Assembly (NCBI GenBank): GCA_963753345.1
Contig: CAVWBU010000016.1
Coordinates: 160,001 to 224,000 of the forward strand
DNA from: an uncultured Fibrobacterota bacterium
GTDB taxonomy: Bacteria > Fibrobacterota > Chitinivibrionia > Chitinivibrionales > FEN-1185
Direction: 5' to 3'
Length of the DNA: 64,000 nt
This document shows, in pieces, positions 1 to 14,315 of this stretch. Position numbers and translations under genes: made by a program. Every line of letters starts with the position of its first letter. The first letter of the stretch is position 1. The notes below the pieces were generated by a model, which saw only the letters and a list, made by a program, of their open reading frames with translations, made no database searches and was not told the DNA's origin.

Positions 1-188
1 ACGTCGTAGGTCCAGCGGCCCTTGTGATACGACCCCTGATACACGCCGTCGGCGATTTTCGACAGGTCAACGCTGTTGACCACAAGCTTCTGCACCTCGC
101 CCATGCCCAGGTTGAGGAAGAAGAACAGAGCGCCCATAACAACCGCGAACCCGCCGATGGCCCAGAGCACTATTCTAAATTTCTTCAT
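1..188 (-). CDS. Small membrane-anchored FMN-binding-domain protein (3' end beyond window)
   Basis: Manual translation from ATG at 188: MKKFRIVLWAIGGFAVVMGALFFFLNLGMGEVQKLVVNSVDLSKIADGVYQGSYHKGRWTYD. N-terminal TM helix followed by a 'DLSKxxDGxYxG' motif typical of FMN_bind proteins. Confidence 0.7.
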   Translation of the reverse strand, partial: MKKFRIVLWAIGGFAVVMGALFFFLNLGMGEVQKLVVNSVDLSKIADGVYQGSYHKGRWTYD

Positions 189-341
189 GCGATTGCCTTG
201 CCTTTCCAGAGGAAATTATTGACAAAACAGTTATTCGATTCAGGTTCTCCGCCTGTTTTCGTCATAAAACAAAATACTCACTTTGCCTGACTAATACCAC
301 CTTTGCTTGCCAAGGAATGTTTGATGTGCCGAGTCAGCCAG

Positions 342-1126
342 TCAATGTCCCTTTGGGGCGGCTTTATGCGGCACAACAAAGACAAACAACATGATTGCGA
401 TAAGAAGGATTGCCGATGCAGTGTAGCGGCTCAGCGCCAGGCCGCCGTCGCTTATTGGTTTGTCAAGGAAGTCTCCCACGGTCGCGCCAAGGGGCCGGGT
501 AAGAATGAACGCCGTCCAAAATAGCCCTGTTCTCGATATCTTTGTCCAGAAGTTCATCGCTGCGATCACTACCAGCATGGAAATAAACACGATTGCGCCT
601 CCGCGATACCCAAAGCCCGCAGTATCGGCGGTCCAATCACCAAGCGCTGTGCCCAGTGTCTGGGAAAACATGATCGTTACCCAGTAGAACACTTCCACTT
701 TTCGGAGAACTCACGGTATCCACGGCGATCGAGCCGAGTGTCCTATACCAGACGAACAGTGACGTCATGAGAAGTGTGAATAAAATTGTTGTTCCGCCCG
801 CATAGCCGATATGAAGTGAACGGTCCGCAAAATCCGCCATGGTCGTTCCGATCGTTGTCGTTGCAATAATGGTCGTCCAGTAGATAAGAGGATGAAATTT
901 CTTTGCCGAAACTTGGACCATCACCGTAAATAAAAATACTACCCCAAATATCTCCGGTGCCCACAAGATATCCAAGATTCATTGACATCGATACCGCGTC
1001 TCCGCCGGTTTCGCCAAGGGTTGTCGCAAGTATCTTCATGATCCAGAAGAGCAGGGTAACCTCCGGTACTTTGCTGGCGGTCTCTTGCTTTGTTTCGTCC
1101 AATGCGTCCTCACCCAAGAAAGTCAT
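342..1126 (-). pseudogene. DUF347/COG4705-type repeat membrane protein, split by 2 frameshifts (possibly sequencing error)
   Basis: Consecutive family-typical pieces in three frames: SKVPEVTLLFWIMKILATTLGETGGD (743..1126), YWTTIIATTTIGTTMADFADRSL (637..975), FYWVTIMFSQTLGTALGDW...LTRPLGATVGDFLDKP (342..698). Confidence 0.75.
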
Positions 1127-1151
1127 TGGTCATTGGCAAAGAAAACAACAC

Positions 1152-2192
1152 CTACTTACCGACCGGCGCGACGTCCAGTACCACAAATGTCCCCGGCACA
1201 ACGGGCGGCCGCGCCCTGGGATTGTCTGCGGTCGGTGCCGGGGCGGGGCCGAACTCTGCGGTGGGAAGGTAAACATGATGCGTTTTTTGGTCGAGCGCAA
1301 TCGTCTTGGCGCCCTTTTGCGTCGCCACATTTTCGAGAACCGTGAACTTGCCGCCGGCCGACTGGACAACGGTAAGCGTGCCGTCGCCGCAGGAAACGTA
1401 GGCGCGTTTGTAAAACGGGTCGAACGCAGCGCCGTCGGCGTGGTCGCCTATGGGGACCGAGCCGAGTATCCTGCCCGTTTTTGCGTCCGCCATTACCATG
1501 AGTTTGTTGCCGCACCCTATAAACAGCGTGTTTGTCGCCATGTCAAGGGCTATCGGCGATGGTCCTTCCCCCGGCGCGACGGGAAATTTCCTTGTTACCT
1601 TTGCGGACTTGGCGTCGATGACGTCCACCATGTTCTTGTCTTCGATATTGACATAGAGTAATCCGTGTTCGTCGGATGCGGGAAACTCCGGCTTGCCGTC
1701 GAGCGCGATAGTAGCGGTCACCTTGTTCGTTTTCGCGTCAATCACCGTTGCATTCGAGCTCTTACCGTTGAACACAAAGACCGCCTGGGAGAATTTGTCG
1801 TAGGCTATTGCATCCGGTCCGATCCCGGTTACCCGGACCTTCGTCACCACCGCCAGCGTGGCAAGATTGAACACGGTCACCGACGTGTCCTTTCCATTGC
1901 TGGTGAACCCCTTGCCGGCTTCCCGCGCAATGGCGGTTCCATGCACTCCTTTGGTGTCCGGAATGGTTCCCACGGTTTTCCCGGTCTTGGTGTCCACCAC
2001 CTGCACCATGGTAGCGTGCGATACATACAACCTGCCCGTGGAATCGTCCATGGCGATGATGTCCCAGCCCCCGTCGCCGCCAACGTGAAACTTGTTTGCG
2101 ATCTTGTAGTGCGAATCGGACACTTGGGCAAAAAGCATCGCATCCAGGCTCAAGAGAGCAAGCGCTGCTATCAAAATTCCCGCCCTGTGCAT
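1152..2192 (-). CDS. Secreted YVTN/YncE-family beta-propeller protein
   Basis: 346 aa with signal peptide; GDGGWD...RLYVSH, GVHG, GPDAIAYD, GKPEF repeats. Confidence 0.85.
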   Translation of the reverse strand: MHRAGILIAALALLSLDAMLFAQVSDSHYKIANKFHVGGDGGWDIIAMDDSTGRLYVSHATMVQVVDTKTGKTVGTIPDTKGVHGTAIAREAGKGFTSNGKDTSVTVFNLATLAVVTKVRVTGIGPDAIAYDKFSQAVFVFNGKSSNATVIDAKTNKVTATIALDGKPEFPASDEHGLLYVNIEDKNMVDVIDAKSAKVTRKFPVAPGEGPSPIALDMATNTLFIGCGNKLMVMADAKTGRILGSVPIGDHADGAAFDPFYKRAYVSCGDGTLTVVQSAGGKFTVLENVATQKGAKTIALDQKTHHVYLPTAEFGPAPAPTADNPRARPPVVPGTFVVLDVAPVGK

Positions 2193-2231
2193 AATAATCC
2201 TCCGTTTTCAAGGTTGCGGGCGATTTGCGCC

Positions 2232-3218
2232 CTATTTTTCGATTTTCGTGCTGTAGATTTCTTTTCCTGCCGTGTCAATCATGCTCACCATCATTTCCGC
2301 ATGGGTGAGGCGGACCTTGGTGTAGCCCGGGACCAATTTGGCGAACTTCGACGAGGGCAGAAGCTCGGCCATGGGCCTCACCTCCACGGTGCCGCAGACA
2401 AAATAGTTGACGTGACTTCCCTGGGGCTTGAGATGTTCGAAATTGTGGTCATGCCCGCAGAAATACGCGTCAACGCCTTTCTTGTCGAAAAACCCCGCAA
2501 AGCGCGCCTCCATTTCCGCGGTTTGCGTGCCGTGCGCGCTGCCGCTCGAATGCACCGGGTGGTGGCCGAATACAAGTTTCCAGCGCGACTTCGAGTTGGT
2601 GAGACAACTGTCGATCCAGCGCATCTGCTTCGCGGTGTCCTGCCCGGCAACATGCATCTCGTCGGTCTTGTAGTATTCCGACTGAAAAGGCGAAGTGTCT
2701 ATGATGTAAAAATCCGCCGCAGTGCTGTCGTTGATCTTCTTGTGCACCGCAAAGTACCGGCCCGGCATGTTCCAGCGCCGGCTGATCTTCGAATAGTCGA
2801 CTTCCGCCTGCGGTTCCCCTTTGTAATCGTGGTTCCCGAGCGCCACGTACCAGTCGCATTCCAAGGCAGGATCATTGTACACATTTTCAAAGTTCAACAT
2901 CCACAGCGGGTCGGCAACGCTGCGGACGCCATTGACCTGAAAATTGTCTCCCACGGACATGATGAAACTGCCCACCCCTTTTGCAACCATGACTCTGGCC
3001 ACTTCGGTCTGGTTTTTTTTTCCGTTCCATCCCCAGTCACCAACCAAGAACTGCAGTCCTTTCTCCTGCTTGCCCTCGTTTTCCATTTTCGAGACCGTGG
3101 CCGTGGGTTCGGTTTTCTTGGAAGTCTGTTTGACGGTTTGCGCTGACGACAATGCAGCTAAGACCGCGCACCCGGCAATTGCCAGGATAAGGGAGCGAAG
3201 ACGGGTGAAATGTGACAT
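2232..3218 (-). CDS. Secreted metallophosphoesterase (purple/tartrate-resistant acid phosphatase-like)
   Basis: Start MSHFTRLRS after an AAGGAG RBS. Metal-binding motifs GDWG, GDNF, GNHDY, GHHP, GHDH are all present. Confidence 0.9.
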   Translation of the reverse strand: MSHFTRLRSLILAIAGCAVLAALSSAQTVKQTSKKTEPTATVSKMENEGKQEKGLQFLVGDWGWNGKKNQTEVARVMVAKGVGSFIMSVGDNFQVNGVRSVADPLWMLNFENVYNDPALECDWYVALGNHDYKGEPQAEVDYSKISRRWNMPGRYFAVHKKINDSTAADFYIIDTSPFQSEYYKTDEMHVAGQDTAKQMRWIDSCLTNSKSRWKLVFGHHPVHSSGSAHGTQTAEMEARFAGFFDKKGVDAYFCGHDHNFEHLKPQGSHVNYFVCGTVEVRPMAELLPSSKFAKLVPGYTKVRLTHAEMMVSMIDTAGKEIYSTKIEK

Positions 3219-3258
3219 TCCGAACTCCTTTGTTAAAATTGAAAATGTTTGGGTTTTA

Positions 3259-5537
3259 TCAAAAGTTAAACCGGACCCCGAACTGCCCGCTCCACCCATA
3301 ATATCCCATCTGCGTAGTATGCTGCAAGTTCGCACTAGATAAATCTTTTTGGGCGCGTTGGTGATATTATTGAATTCAATGACGGCGGTTATGTTTTTTG
3401 TTATCTTTTGGCTTGCGGCGCAGTCCAGTTGCAGATGGTCGTCAACGCAGGTACTGGCAAAATTATCCTTGGTGTTTATAAGTGAAACGATGCAATGACT
3501 CTGGTAGTTAAGGGCCGCTGGCGCATAGAAACCGTATTTTTCGTAAAACAAGGCCATATTGCCCACATGCTTGGCTTGCCCCGGCAAGGCGGTGCCATAA
3601 GTTGAGTCCGGGAAGCAGCGTTTTCTGGACGAAGTGTATATATGATTGGCGTTTCACCCCAGTGCCGCTTAGAAACATCAGCAAGAACAGAAGCTGTATC
3701 AGGAGCTCCACTTCAAGACCGGCCAGATTGGCTTTGTCACCGTTAAGTTTCGTGAAATATGCCCAATTGGTTTTTGCCTGGCTGAAAAAACTGTAAACGG
3801 TTTAAGAGGAAAAAATGTAGTCATGCATCTGTTTATAGAACAATCCCGCATATGCGACGTTTTTGCCTGTCCCTGGAATAATACTGGCAAGTGAGATCGA
3901 GATTATCCGATGTCGTTGGACGCAAATTTGGATTTCCAGCGATGGCCGTGTGGACGTTGTCGTCCACGTTGTAAACGATATGCGGCACTAGGTCAAACCA
4001 ATCTGGGCGTGAGAACGACCTCGTATAGGATGCCCGGAGATTGGTTTCTCTGTTCAGAGATTAATTGACAATAAGATATGGCAGCGGGAAAAAGAAATTC
4101 TTGTACATATCAAACGTGCTTGTGCTCAACCATTTGTTCTCGTTATTAACAGTATCAGAATATCCGGAATAATGCATCGACGTGTATTCGCATCTGACCC
4201 CGGCGATGCCCGTCCAATTGCCCGCGTATATAACGTCCCCATGAGATGTGCCCGCGCCAGTTGAAATCCTTTGCTGTAAACGTCTCCGGATCAACGTCGA
4301 GATGGTTGCTGGTGGAGTCGAGCCACGAGTCTATTGCCCCGGATTCGCCGCGTTGTTGTAATAATGAGGAACGGAAAGATAGGCGCGAACGAGCCCGGGG
4401 TCCGGCATGGTCCTCATGTCAAAAAGACCGTTGTAGAAGTCGCTGTTCGAATACCCGCCGACAAAAGATGACAGGTTGGGCGCACTGTACCGTCCAGTGT
4501 CATAGTAGGTGATATCGTGCAGTGTCTGGTCCTTAATGTGTTCAAGAACTTTGACGCCAGCCTTGGCCTCGATCCTGCCGAAATCGAATTCGAGCGGCAT
4601 TTTGGCATTGCATTGGCCGGAGACGGAGTTTTCGGTAGACTGCGTGTTCTCCATTTTTGCACTGGCCATCGGGTACTTGCTACAGATACCTGAAATTCGT
4701 CGAATCGCTGGCCAGCGAATCGTCGGTCTGATACAGGATGATCATAATAGGTTCAAAGGTCGGCCGATCTGCGTTGGAGTGATTGAAAAGGTACGACAGT
4801 TTATTTCTGGCAAACGAAACCGTCATTTCATGCGGTTCACTGCTTGTTTGCAAAGGAGTAGGCGACGTTGCCGTCAAGCGAAAGGTTGAGCAGCTTTGCC
4901 GCTCCGCCCAGGGTCGCGCTCGTAATCATCTGCTCCTTGTAGGTATCCTTGATGGAACGGGTGGTGGGCACCTCACCGACAATGTCCTTGCTGCCCACCA
5001 TGGGACGCGCATCCTGGTAGACGATGTCGAGGCCCAGGGTCCTCCGGTCTTCCTGCATTCCGTAGTCGTCCTTGAAAGAGCCGACCAGGAAGAGGTTTGA
5101 TTCGGGTGAAAACCGGTAGTCGATCCTGCCGTTTGCGCCGATGCGCTGGTTTTTTCTTATCATAGTCGCGGTACTGCATGGTGTTCAAATAACTTCCGGC
5201 CACACCCTTGGGATTGTAGGCCGATGTGTCCCAATCAAGCTCGATGCCTTCCGTCTGTTTCTCGTCTCTGAAATAGCTGCCGCCGACGAAGACGCCGAGC
5301 CGTCCGCCATCCAGAAAGCGTTTTTCCCCACCGAAGCGGATCCTTGCCAGATCGGAGCGTTTGAAAGTTGCATGTATCCGGGCATGAAACTTGCCTTTGC
5401 CCTCCAGTTCGCTGTAGCGCGCAATCGACGTGACCAGATTGACCGTTCCGCCGATGGCGTCGCCATCCATGTCCGGGGTGAGAAACCTGTTGACTTCGAT
5501 CTTGGCAAGCTGGTCCGCCGGTTTTTTTAAGGGCCAC
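3259..5537 (-). pseudogene. TonB-dependent outer-membrane receptor, many frameshifts; 5' part lost in poly-T tract
   Basis: Plug motif 'TPDMDGDAIGGTVNLVT'. Barrel strands are scattered over several frames, including LPGQAKHVGNMALFYEKYGF. C-terminus YYGWSGQFGVRFNF* ends in the OM-barrel Phe. Confidence 0.8.
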
Positions 5538-5545
5538 GGCTCTGG

Positions 5546-7746
<2,201 letters not shown>

Positions 7747-8143
7747 TCGTAAATGTTGATGCCGCCCCAGAGGCCGCGGTTGTTGTCGTTTATCGCCAGC
7801 GGCGCTGAGGGGTTTGTGTCTTTGTACGCGGTGAAAATGATAGAATGAGCATGCTGGTGCTGGTGGCATAGACGCGGCCGTCCCGGGCAACGATAAGCAT
7901 GGTGGTGGAATCGGTGTTTGTTTCCGCCTCGCCAAGAATGGTCGTTCCGGCCTGAATATTAAGTCGCGATCCGGCCTTGACGACAACTTTTCCGTGAAGA
8001 ACATAGATGTTTGATGCTACCCAGTTCTTAGTTACTCCAGCAGGAATGCTGTCGTTGGTGATGTCGATTCGCGCCGCCGAAACCTGCGCAACAAGCCCAG
8101 CCATTGCCAAGACCCCTAGAACGCTAGAACGCTTGCAAAACAT
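7747..8143 (-). CDS. Secreted beta-helix-like protein, N-terminal fragment only (rest lost in homopolymer tract)
   Basis: MFCKRSSVLGVLAMAGLVAQVSA signal, then 'NIYVLHGKVVVKAGSRLNIQAGTTILG...MLIVARDGRVYA', an N-terminus typical of proteins encoded upstream of TonB receptors. Confidence 0.6.
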
Positions 8144-8613
8144 AGACCCCTCCCCGGAAAATTGTGATGTTTGTTCCCACATTGACAAGTAGTATACAAC
8201 GCGGGAGTTAAAGGAATTCCACATCAGTTTGTTGTTGGACAAAGTCGGGCGCTTCTGAAACGCAGGCTGCCGCAGATCCACACACCCTTCTTTTGCAATT
8301 GTCCTAAAAGATAACCGCAATGTGTTAGTTTGCTGCAAGATTTGAGATAGGATTTCGCTCAGGTCAGGGTTTTTTAACTTATTACATCTTTATTACAAAC
8401 ACTCGCGCTTCACTGCCCACCGATGCGCCGCTGCCAAAGGCAATCATTACACATGAATGTCTAAAGCCATAGGGCCCCAAAAGTGCGGCTCAAACCAAAA
8501 CATAACGACCGCCTCGCAGTCCCCTAACCATTGCAATGCATTTTTGCCATTCACGAACCAGAGACCCCCGGTTCCGCCTTCTTTCATTCACGATTTAGGA
8601 AAGGAATTTCCGC

Positions 8614-9426
8614 ATGCGATCCTTGATCCTCATTGTATCGGCAGTGCTTATGGCACTGCCCACGGTCGTTTTCACGGAGGAGCAGCCCGTCGCGTCCGAA
8701 GAATTGGTGCGATTCCGCAAAGAACTCACCCATATCCAATCGGAGCGCCAGAGGAACCGCGTTGAGCGCGAGGCCGAGGCAAAGGACTACCAGGCTTATC
8801 AGGGCCGCACCGCCGCCCGCATGGCCCAAGTGTGCGCCGAAACCGACTCTATCAACAGCGAAGCGGCGAAATCCCGACGCACCGGCTATTCTCTTTCTGC
8901 ACTTGTCAATGCATTTACGGATAAGAAGAAGCAGGTGGAGCTGTCGAAGGACAATCTCCGTCAAAGGCTTGCGCGCTCGTGCGACGCACTCGACTCTACG
9001 GTGAGCGCATTCCCCCCGCTGGCGCGCGGACGCATCAGTTCGTCGCTGGCTCTTGTCAAAAGCGAACTGTTGGCCCGGACCATGGAAAGCGCGGAGGCGT
9101 TCGCCCGTCTGTCGCAGGCCGTGTCCCTGGCGCGTGACGCCTCCTCCTCGATAGAGGCCTCACAGGAAAACTCGCCCGTCGCGGACATTCGCGGCCAGGT
9201 GAGCCGCCTGCGTGTGGGGACCCTGTTTGAAGCTCTGGCCGACCAGAAAGCCGAAAAGTGCCTGGTGTGGCGGAGCAACGCCGAACAGCTCGAAGCCCCG
9301 TGGCTGCCGTGCGCCGACCGTTCGGCCCCGGAAAACATCGTGAAAGCCGTGGCAATCCGTGAGGGAAAAGCCTTGCCGTCCTTTGTGGTTTTGCCTCTGG
9401 CCGCTCCTGCCAAAGGGGGCCGGTAA
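8614..9426 (+). CDS. DUF3450-like periplasmic coiled-coil protein of TonB2/Ttp-type operons
   Basis: 270 aa, signal peptide, coiled coil, C-terminal 'LRVG' and 'LP' motifs; first gene of an ExbB-ExbB-ExbD-TonB-TPR operon. Confidence 0.65.
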   Translation: MRSLILIVSAVLMALPTVVFTEEQPVASEELVRFRKELTHIQSERQRNRVEREAEAKDYQAYQGRTAARMAQVCAETDSINSEAAKSRRTGYSLSALVNAFTDKKKQVELSKDNLRQRLARSCDALDSTVSAFPPLARGRISSSLALVKSELLARTMESAEAFARLSQAVSLARDASSSIEASQENSPVADIRGQVSRLRVGTLFEALADQKAEKCLVWRSNAEQLEAPWLPCADRSAPENIVKAVAIREGKALPSFVVLPLAAPAKGGR

Positions 9427-10895
9427 TGAAGCCATTGACCCTAACGCTCATTCTGTTCTGCGCACTGCCAGCACTCGCGGGCCACGATTCCGAAAAGACG
9501 ATGCGGCTGCGGCAGGCTGCCGAAGCTTACCGCAAGAAAAGATGCGCTCGAAGCGGCGCGTGATTCTCTTGAAAACGAAACGGCGGCCCGTTATTCGCTC
9601 AAGCAGCAATGGGTGGACCAGCGCGAGGCAGACAAGCAGGAGCTCGACCGCCTCAGAGAAGTCGAGGAGCGAAGCGTCAACGATTTGGCGCGCGTCAAGG
9701 AAGAATGTCTTGCAAAGGAGGCCACGCTTTCCGAGGAACGCAAGAACGCCGAGGCGGCGGCCGAGGAGTGGAGCTACGTTCGTTCGTCTCTGTCCGATGC
9801 GCTCAAGAAAGAGGCCGACGCGATAGCCGAGGCGTTTCCGCTCGACGCGGAGCAGCGGCGCGCTGAGTTGGAAAACATCCGTGCCTCGTTTTCGCAGCGC
9901 GGCGATCCGGCGCTCTCCTGGGACGCCTTCGTCGCGTACGTGCGCGAAGACCTGCGCCGAAGCGGTTCGATATTGCTTGTCAAGCGCGACGTGCTGCTTG
10001 ACCAGGGAGCGATCCACTGGCTCACCCTCGCGCGTTTCGGCAGCGTGTTCGCCCTCGGCGTGGACACCTCCGGCCAGCCTTACATGATACGCCATACCGG
10101 CCGGCTGGGCGCCGAGCGGTATTCGACGGACAGGATCGGCTCGCCGGAACTCACCTCCTTCGTGGCTAACGTGATGCCGGCGTGGATACGAGACAACGCG
10201 GTAAGCGGCACCGTGATGGCGGAGGTGCTGCAGAACGATCAGGGGCGCATGCTCGTTGCCGGCAAGAAACAGTCTTCGCTGCAGGAGCTTTTCGCGTCGT
10301 TTCGGGCCGGAGGCCTGGTGATGATTCCGCTGCTGTTCCTTCCGTTCTGGGCACTCTGGCTCACTATTGGCAAGGGCCGGCAGATCTACTCGCATCGGCG
10401 GCGCTTTGCGCGGCAATTCAAGACCGCCATGCGTTACCTTGACAACAACGACATTCCAGCGGCGCTTTCCTATGCGCACGGTGAAAAAGGTGTCATGGCG
10501 CGCATCCTCGAAACCTGCCTCGAACGCAAGGAGCATGGAAGGCACGTAAGCGAACGCGTCGTGCGGGAGCTCGATCATGCAGGAGGTCCCGGTGGTAGGC
10601 AGAGGCATCAACACCCTTGCGGTGATCGCCGGCGCCGCGCCGCTCCTCGGCCTCCTTGGGACCATCAGCGGCATGATCACGCTGTTTGCGGCGGTCACCC
10701 ACTACGGCACCGGCGATCCGAAGTTTCTGGCGGGGGGCATCTCCGAGGCGCTCATCACCGCCAAGACCGGTCTGGCCATCGCCATCCCGGTGCTCTTTAT
10801 CCACGACTTCGTCCGCAATGGCAAGGACAGGATGCTGTCGGAGATCGACCGCCTGTCCATTGCGGCAATGAACCGCATCTGGCCCGAGGACTTAA
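9426..10895 (+). pseudogene. Long MotA/TolQ/ExbB-family protein (TtpC-like), frameshifted
   Basis: ATG at 9426 (MKPLTLTLILFCALPALA) and long N-terminal region in ORF 9613. ExbB motif 'AGAAPLLGLLGTISGMI...LAGGISEALITAKTGLAIAIP' lies in another frame (10577). Confidence 0.8.
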
Positions 10896-10898
10896 CGG

Positions 10899-11930
10899 GT
10901 GTTGCACTTATTTGTCAAGCTTTTCGGCGAGGGCGGATGGGTGCTCTACCCCATTTTCGGCGTCTCCGTGCTCGCCCTGTATATCGCATTCGGAAAGGCG
11001 CTGGCCATTACGCAGCTCGAACACGCGCATCGCGCCTTTTGTGCCTCCGTGGAAGGCGCGGGGATTTTCAAGGAAACGGGCAGCCCGGCGCTCGACCGGC
11101 TGGTCCGCGAGATCAAACGGCATGCGGGCCGTGCCGACCGCATCGAGCGGGCGGCCGCCGATTGCATGGCCGAGATTGCGCCGCAGCTTGATGCGGGCAT
11201 GGCCACCATCGGCGCGTGCGTGGTCATCGCGCCGTTGCTCGGCCTGCTCGGCACCATTAGCGGCATGAACCGGATGTTCGACGTGATCGGCCGGTTCGGT
11301 TTCGGCAATCCCACCATCATGTCCAACGGCATAAGTATGGCGCTGCAGGCCACGCTCACCGGGCTCACCGTTGCCGTGGCGGCACTGCTGTTTCAGGACT
11401 TTTTGTCAAACAGGAAGTCGAGAATTCTGCATCGGCTCGACAGCGACATCACAAACCTTGTGCGGCGCGCCGAAAAGGCCGCGCAAACTCTAAACCCGAC
11501 TGCGCTAAAGGAGCACGCCGTGAACCCTGAGTACCGCCTCCTCCCCGACCAGCACGAGAAGCCCGAGATCAACCTCGCGCCTTTTGTGGACACGATGATG
11601 ATCCTGCTGATCTTCTTTGTGGTCACGGCCAACCTGTACGTGGAAACCGGCGTCGACGTTACCAAGCCCAAGGCGCAGACTGCGCGGCCCGTGGGACAGA
11701 AATCCATCCTTGTGGGCATTACACGCGAAGGAACGGTGCACCTGTACGGCCGCCAGGTGAGTCTCGACAGGCTGAAACTGCTGATGGAGCAGGAAACGGC
11801 AAAACAGCAGGATGTATCCGTGGTCATCATCGCAGACCGCTACGTGGCCACGGGCCGCACCGTGGAAGTGATGGACCAATGCAGTCTTGGGGGCGTTCAG
11901 AAAATCTCCATTGCGGCCGGCAAGGAATAG
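10899..11930 (+). CDS. ExbB (MotA/TolQ) in frame with ExbD/TolR; apparent fusion
   Basis: N-half APLLGLLGTISGM...GISMALQATLTGL; C-half EINLAPFVDTMMILLIFFVVT...IIADR (ExbD, essential Asp). In-frame GTG at 11520 is preceded by AAGGAG. Confidence 0.8.
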   Translation: MLHLFVKLFGEGGWVLYPIFGVSVLALYIAFGKALAITQLEHAHRAFCASVEGAGIFKETGSPALDRLVREIKRHAGRADRIERAAADCMAEIAPQLDAGMATIGACVVIAPLLGLLGTISGMNRMFDVIGRFGFGNPTIMSNGISMALQATLTGLTVAVAALLFQDFLSNRKSRILHRLDSDITNLVRRAEKAAQTLNPTALKEHAVNPEYRLLPDQHEKPEINLAPFVDTMMILLIFFVVTANLYVETGVDVTKPKAQTARPVGQKSILVGITREGTVHLYGRQVSLDRLKLLMEQETAKQQDVSVVIIADRYVATGRTVEVMDQCSLGGVQKISIAAGKE

Positions 11931-11934
11931 CACA

Positions 11935-12575
11935 ATGCCGATTTTAACTCAAGGTGCGCTTGTGATTGCCAGACTGGCCGCCGCTGTGGTGGTTAGCTTT
12001 CTGCTGTTTGTCTCGGTCTCTCTGCTGCACGGCATGTTTGGCGGGCCGCATCCAAAGGAAGAAAACCGGGCGCGCAGACAGGTGACACTTGTTGAAGTTG
12101 TCAAGAAACAGGAGCCTGAGCATGTGATGCAGAAACAGCACATCCGCGCGATAACCAGCATTGCAAAGGGGTCAAGCGGCGGCAGCGGTCAGATGGCGAT
12201 GCGCATAACGCCGGACCTGAGCATCGACGCCGGGCCGGAGGGAAACGGTGGCGTTGTCCTTCAATCGCAGGAACTCGCCGCAGAAGTTTTCGAGGAAGGC
12301 CAGACCGACGAGGACCCAATGCCGATTTACAAGCCGGAAGTCCCCTAATCCCGAGCAACTGCGTGACCAGGGTGTCGAGGGCGTGCTCGAAGGGATGTAT
12401 GTGATCGATCACAACTGAACGGTAATCTCGGCTGGATATTAATGCCGCGCCTCACCCCCTGCTTGCCTCAGAGGCGCGCCGGGTTGTTTCAACCTGGCGT
12501 TTTAAGCCCGCCAAAAACAAAGGGGTTCCGGTGAGCATCCGAATCCATCTTACGATTGACTTCCGGCTGGAGTGA
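11935..12575 (+). pseudogene. tonB: Energy transducer TonB, disrupted (indels plus in-frame TGA near 12416)
   Basis: N-terminal TM; C-terminal TonB motifs recoverable across frames: (Y)PEQLRDQGVEG...WRFKPAKNKGVPV...IDFRLE*. Confidence 0.75.
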
Positions 12576-12579
12576 GCGA

Positions 12580-13520
12580 ATGGCGAAAAGAACCGTGATC
12601 GTTGCATTCGTTCTCGGCTCTTGCCGTACTCCCGATTTCGGCCGCGCCTCTCCTCGATCAAGCAAACCGGGAATATGCCGCCGGTAAGTGGACAAGTGCA
12701 GTCCGTCTGTACAAACAGGCAGCCAGAGAAGGTGAAAACCCGGCGCTCTGCTATTTCAATGCGGCTAATGCTTGGTACCAGATGGACAGCCTTGGGTAGG
12801 TTTATTGGTGTACTACCGTTCAACAATAGATTGCGCTCCATCCTTTTTCTAGGCATACCTCAACCTTGCGGCTGTTTACTATTCACTCAATGATCTAGGC
12901 AACTGTATCGCATGCATGCGTGAGGGGATCAAACTCGAACCCGCCAATCAGAAGGCCCTGCTTATCCTCGCTGCGGCCTACCGGAAATCCGGCGCACTTG
13001 CACAGAGCATCGCGGTATTTTGAGACCCTTGCACGGCTGTATCCGGACATGGAGGAACCGTGCATTGCATTGGGAAGAAATGTACCGCGACCTTGACGAT
13101 CAGGACATGGCGGTGCGCTGGCTTCTGGCCTATCCCGCAGGCGGTAAAATCCTCTCCGATGTCTATTCGCTCCTGGCAGGGCTTTTTGAGGCGGACAACG
13201 ACTTCAACAGGGCACTGTACTATCTCGACCTGTCATTTGCGCGAGACAACGGCAAGAAGGGGACGCTGCTTCACATCGCGCAACTCCAACGCACAACGGG
13301 AAACGATATGGTGGTGTTGGAAACCGCCCGCGACGGCATGAAGCGATTTCCGGACTTTCCCGACCTCGCCCTCCTGGCCGGGAGCATCGCATTTGAGCAC
13401 GGCTGGTTCGACGAAGCCGAGCGCTGCTTTTCCGTTGCGGCCCAACACGGTAGCGCCAACGCGGTGATTGGCCTCCAGAACGTGAGAAACAGACGCACGG
13501 CGTCTGATTCTGCGAGATAA
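12580..13520 (+). pseudogene. TPR-repeat protein, frameshifted
   Basis: TPR-like helices (ALCYFNAANAWYQMD; LALLAGSIAFEHGWFDEAERCF) in ORFs 12602 and 13020; usual last gene of TonB2 operons. Confidence 0.7.
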
Positions 13521-13555
13521 GGGGACCGCGCGGTTCTTGCATGAATAAGGTACGC

Positions 13556-14304
<749 letters not shown>

Positions 14305-14315
14305 TACGCGGTTGA

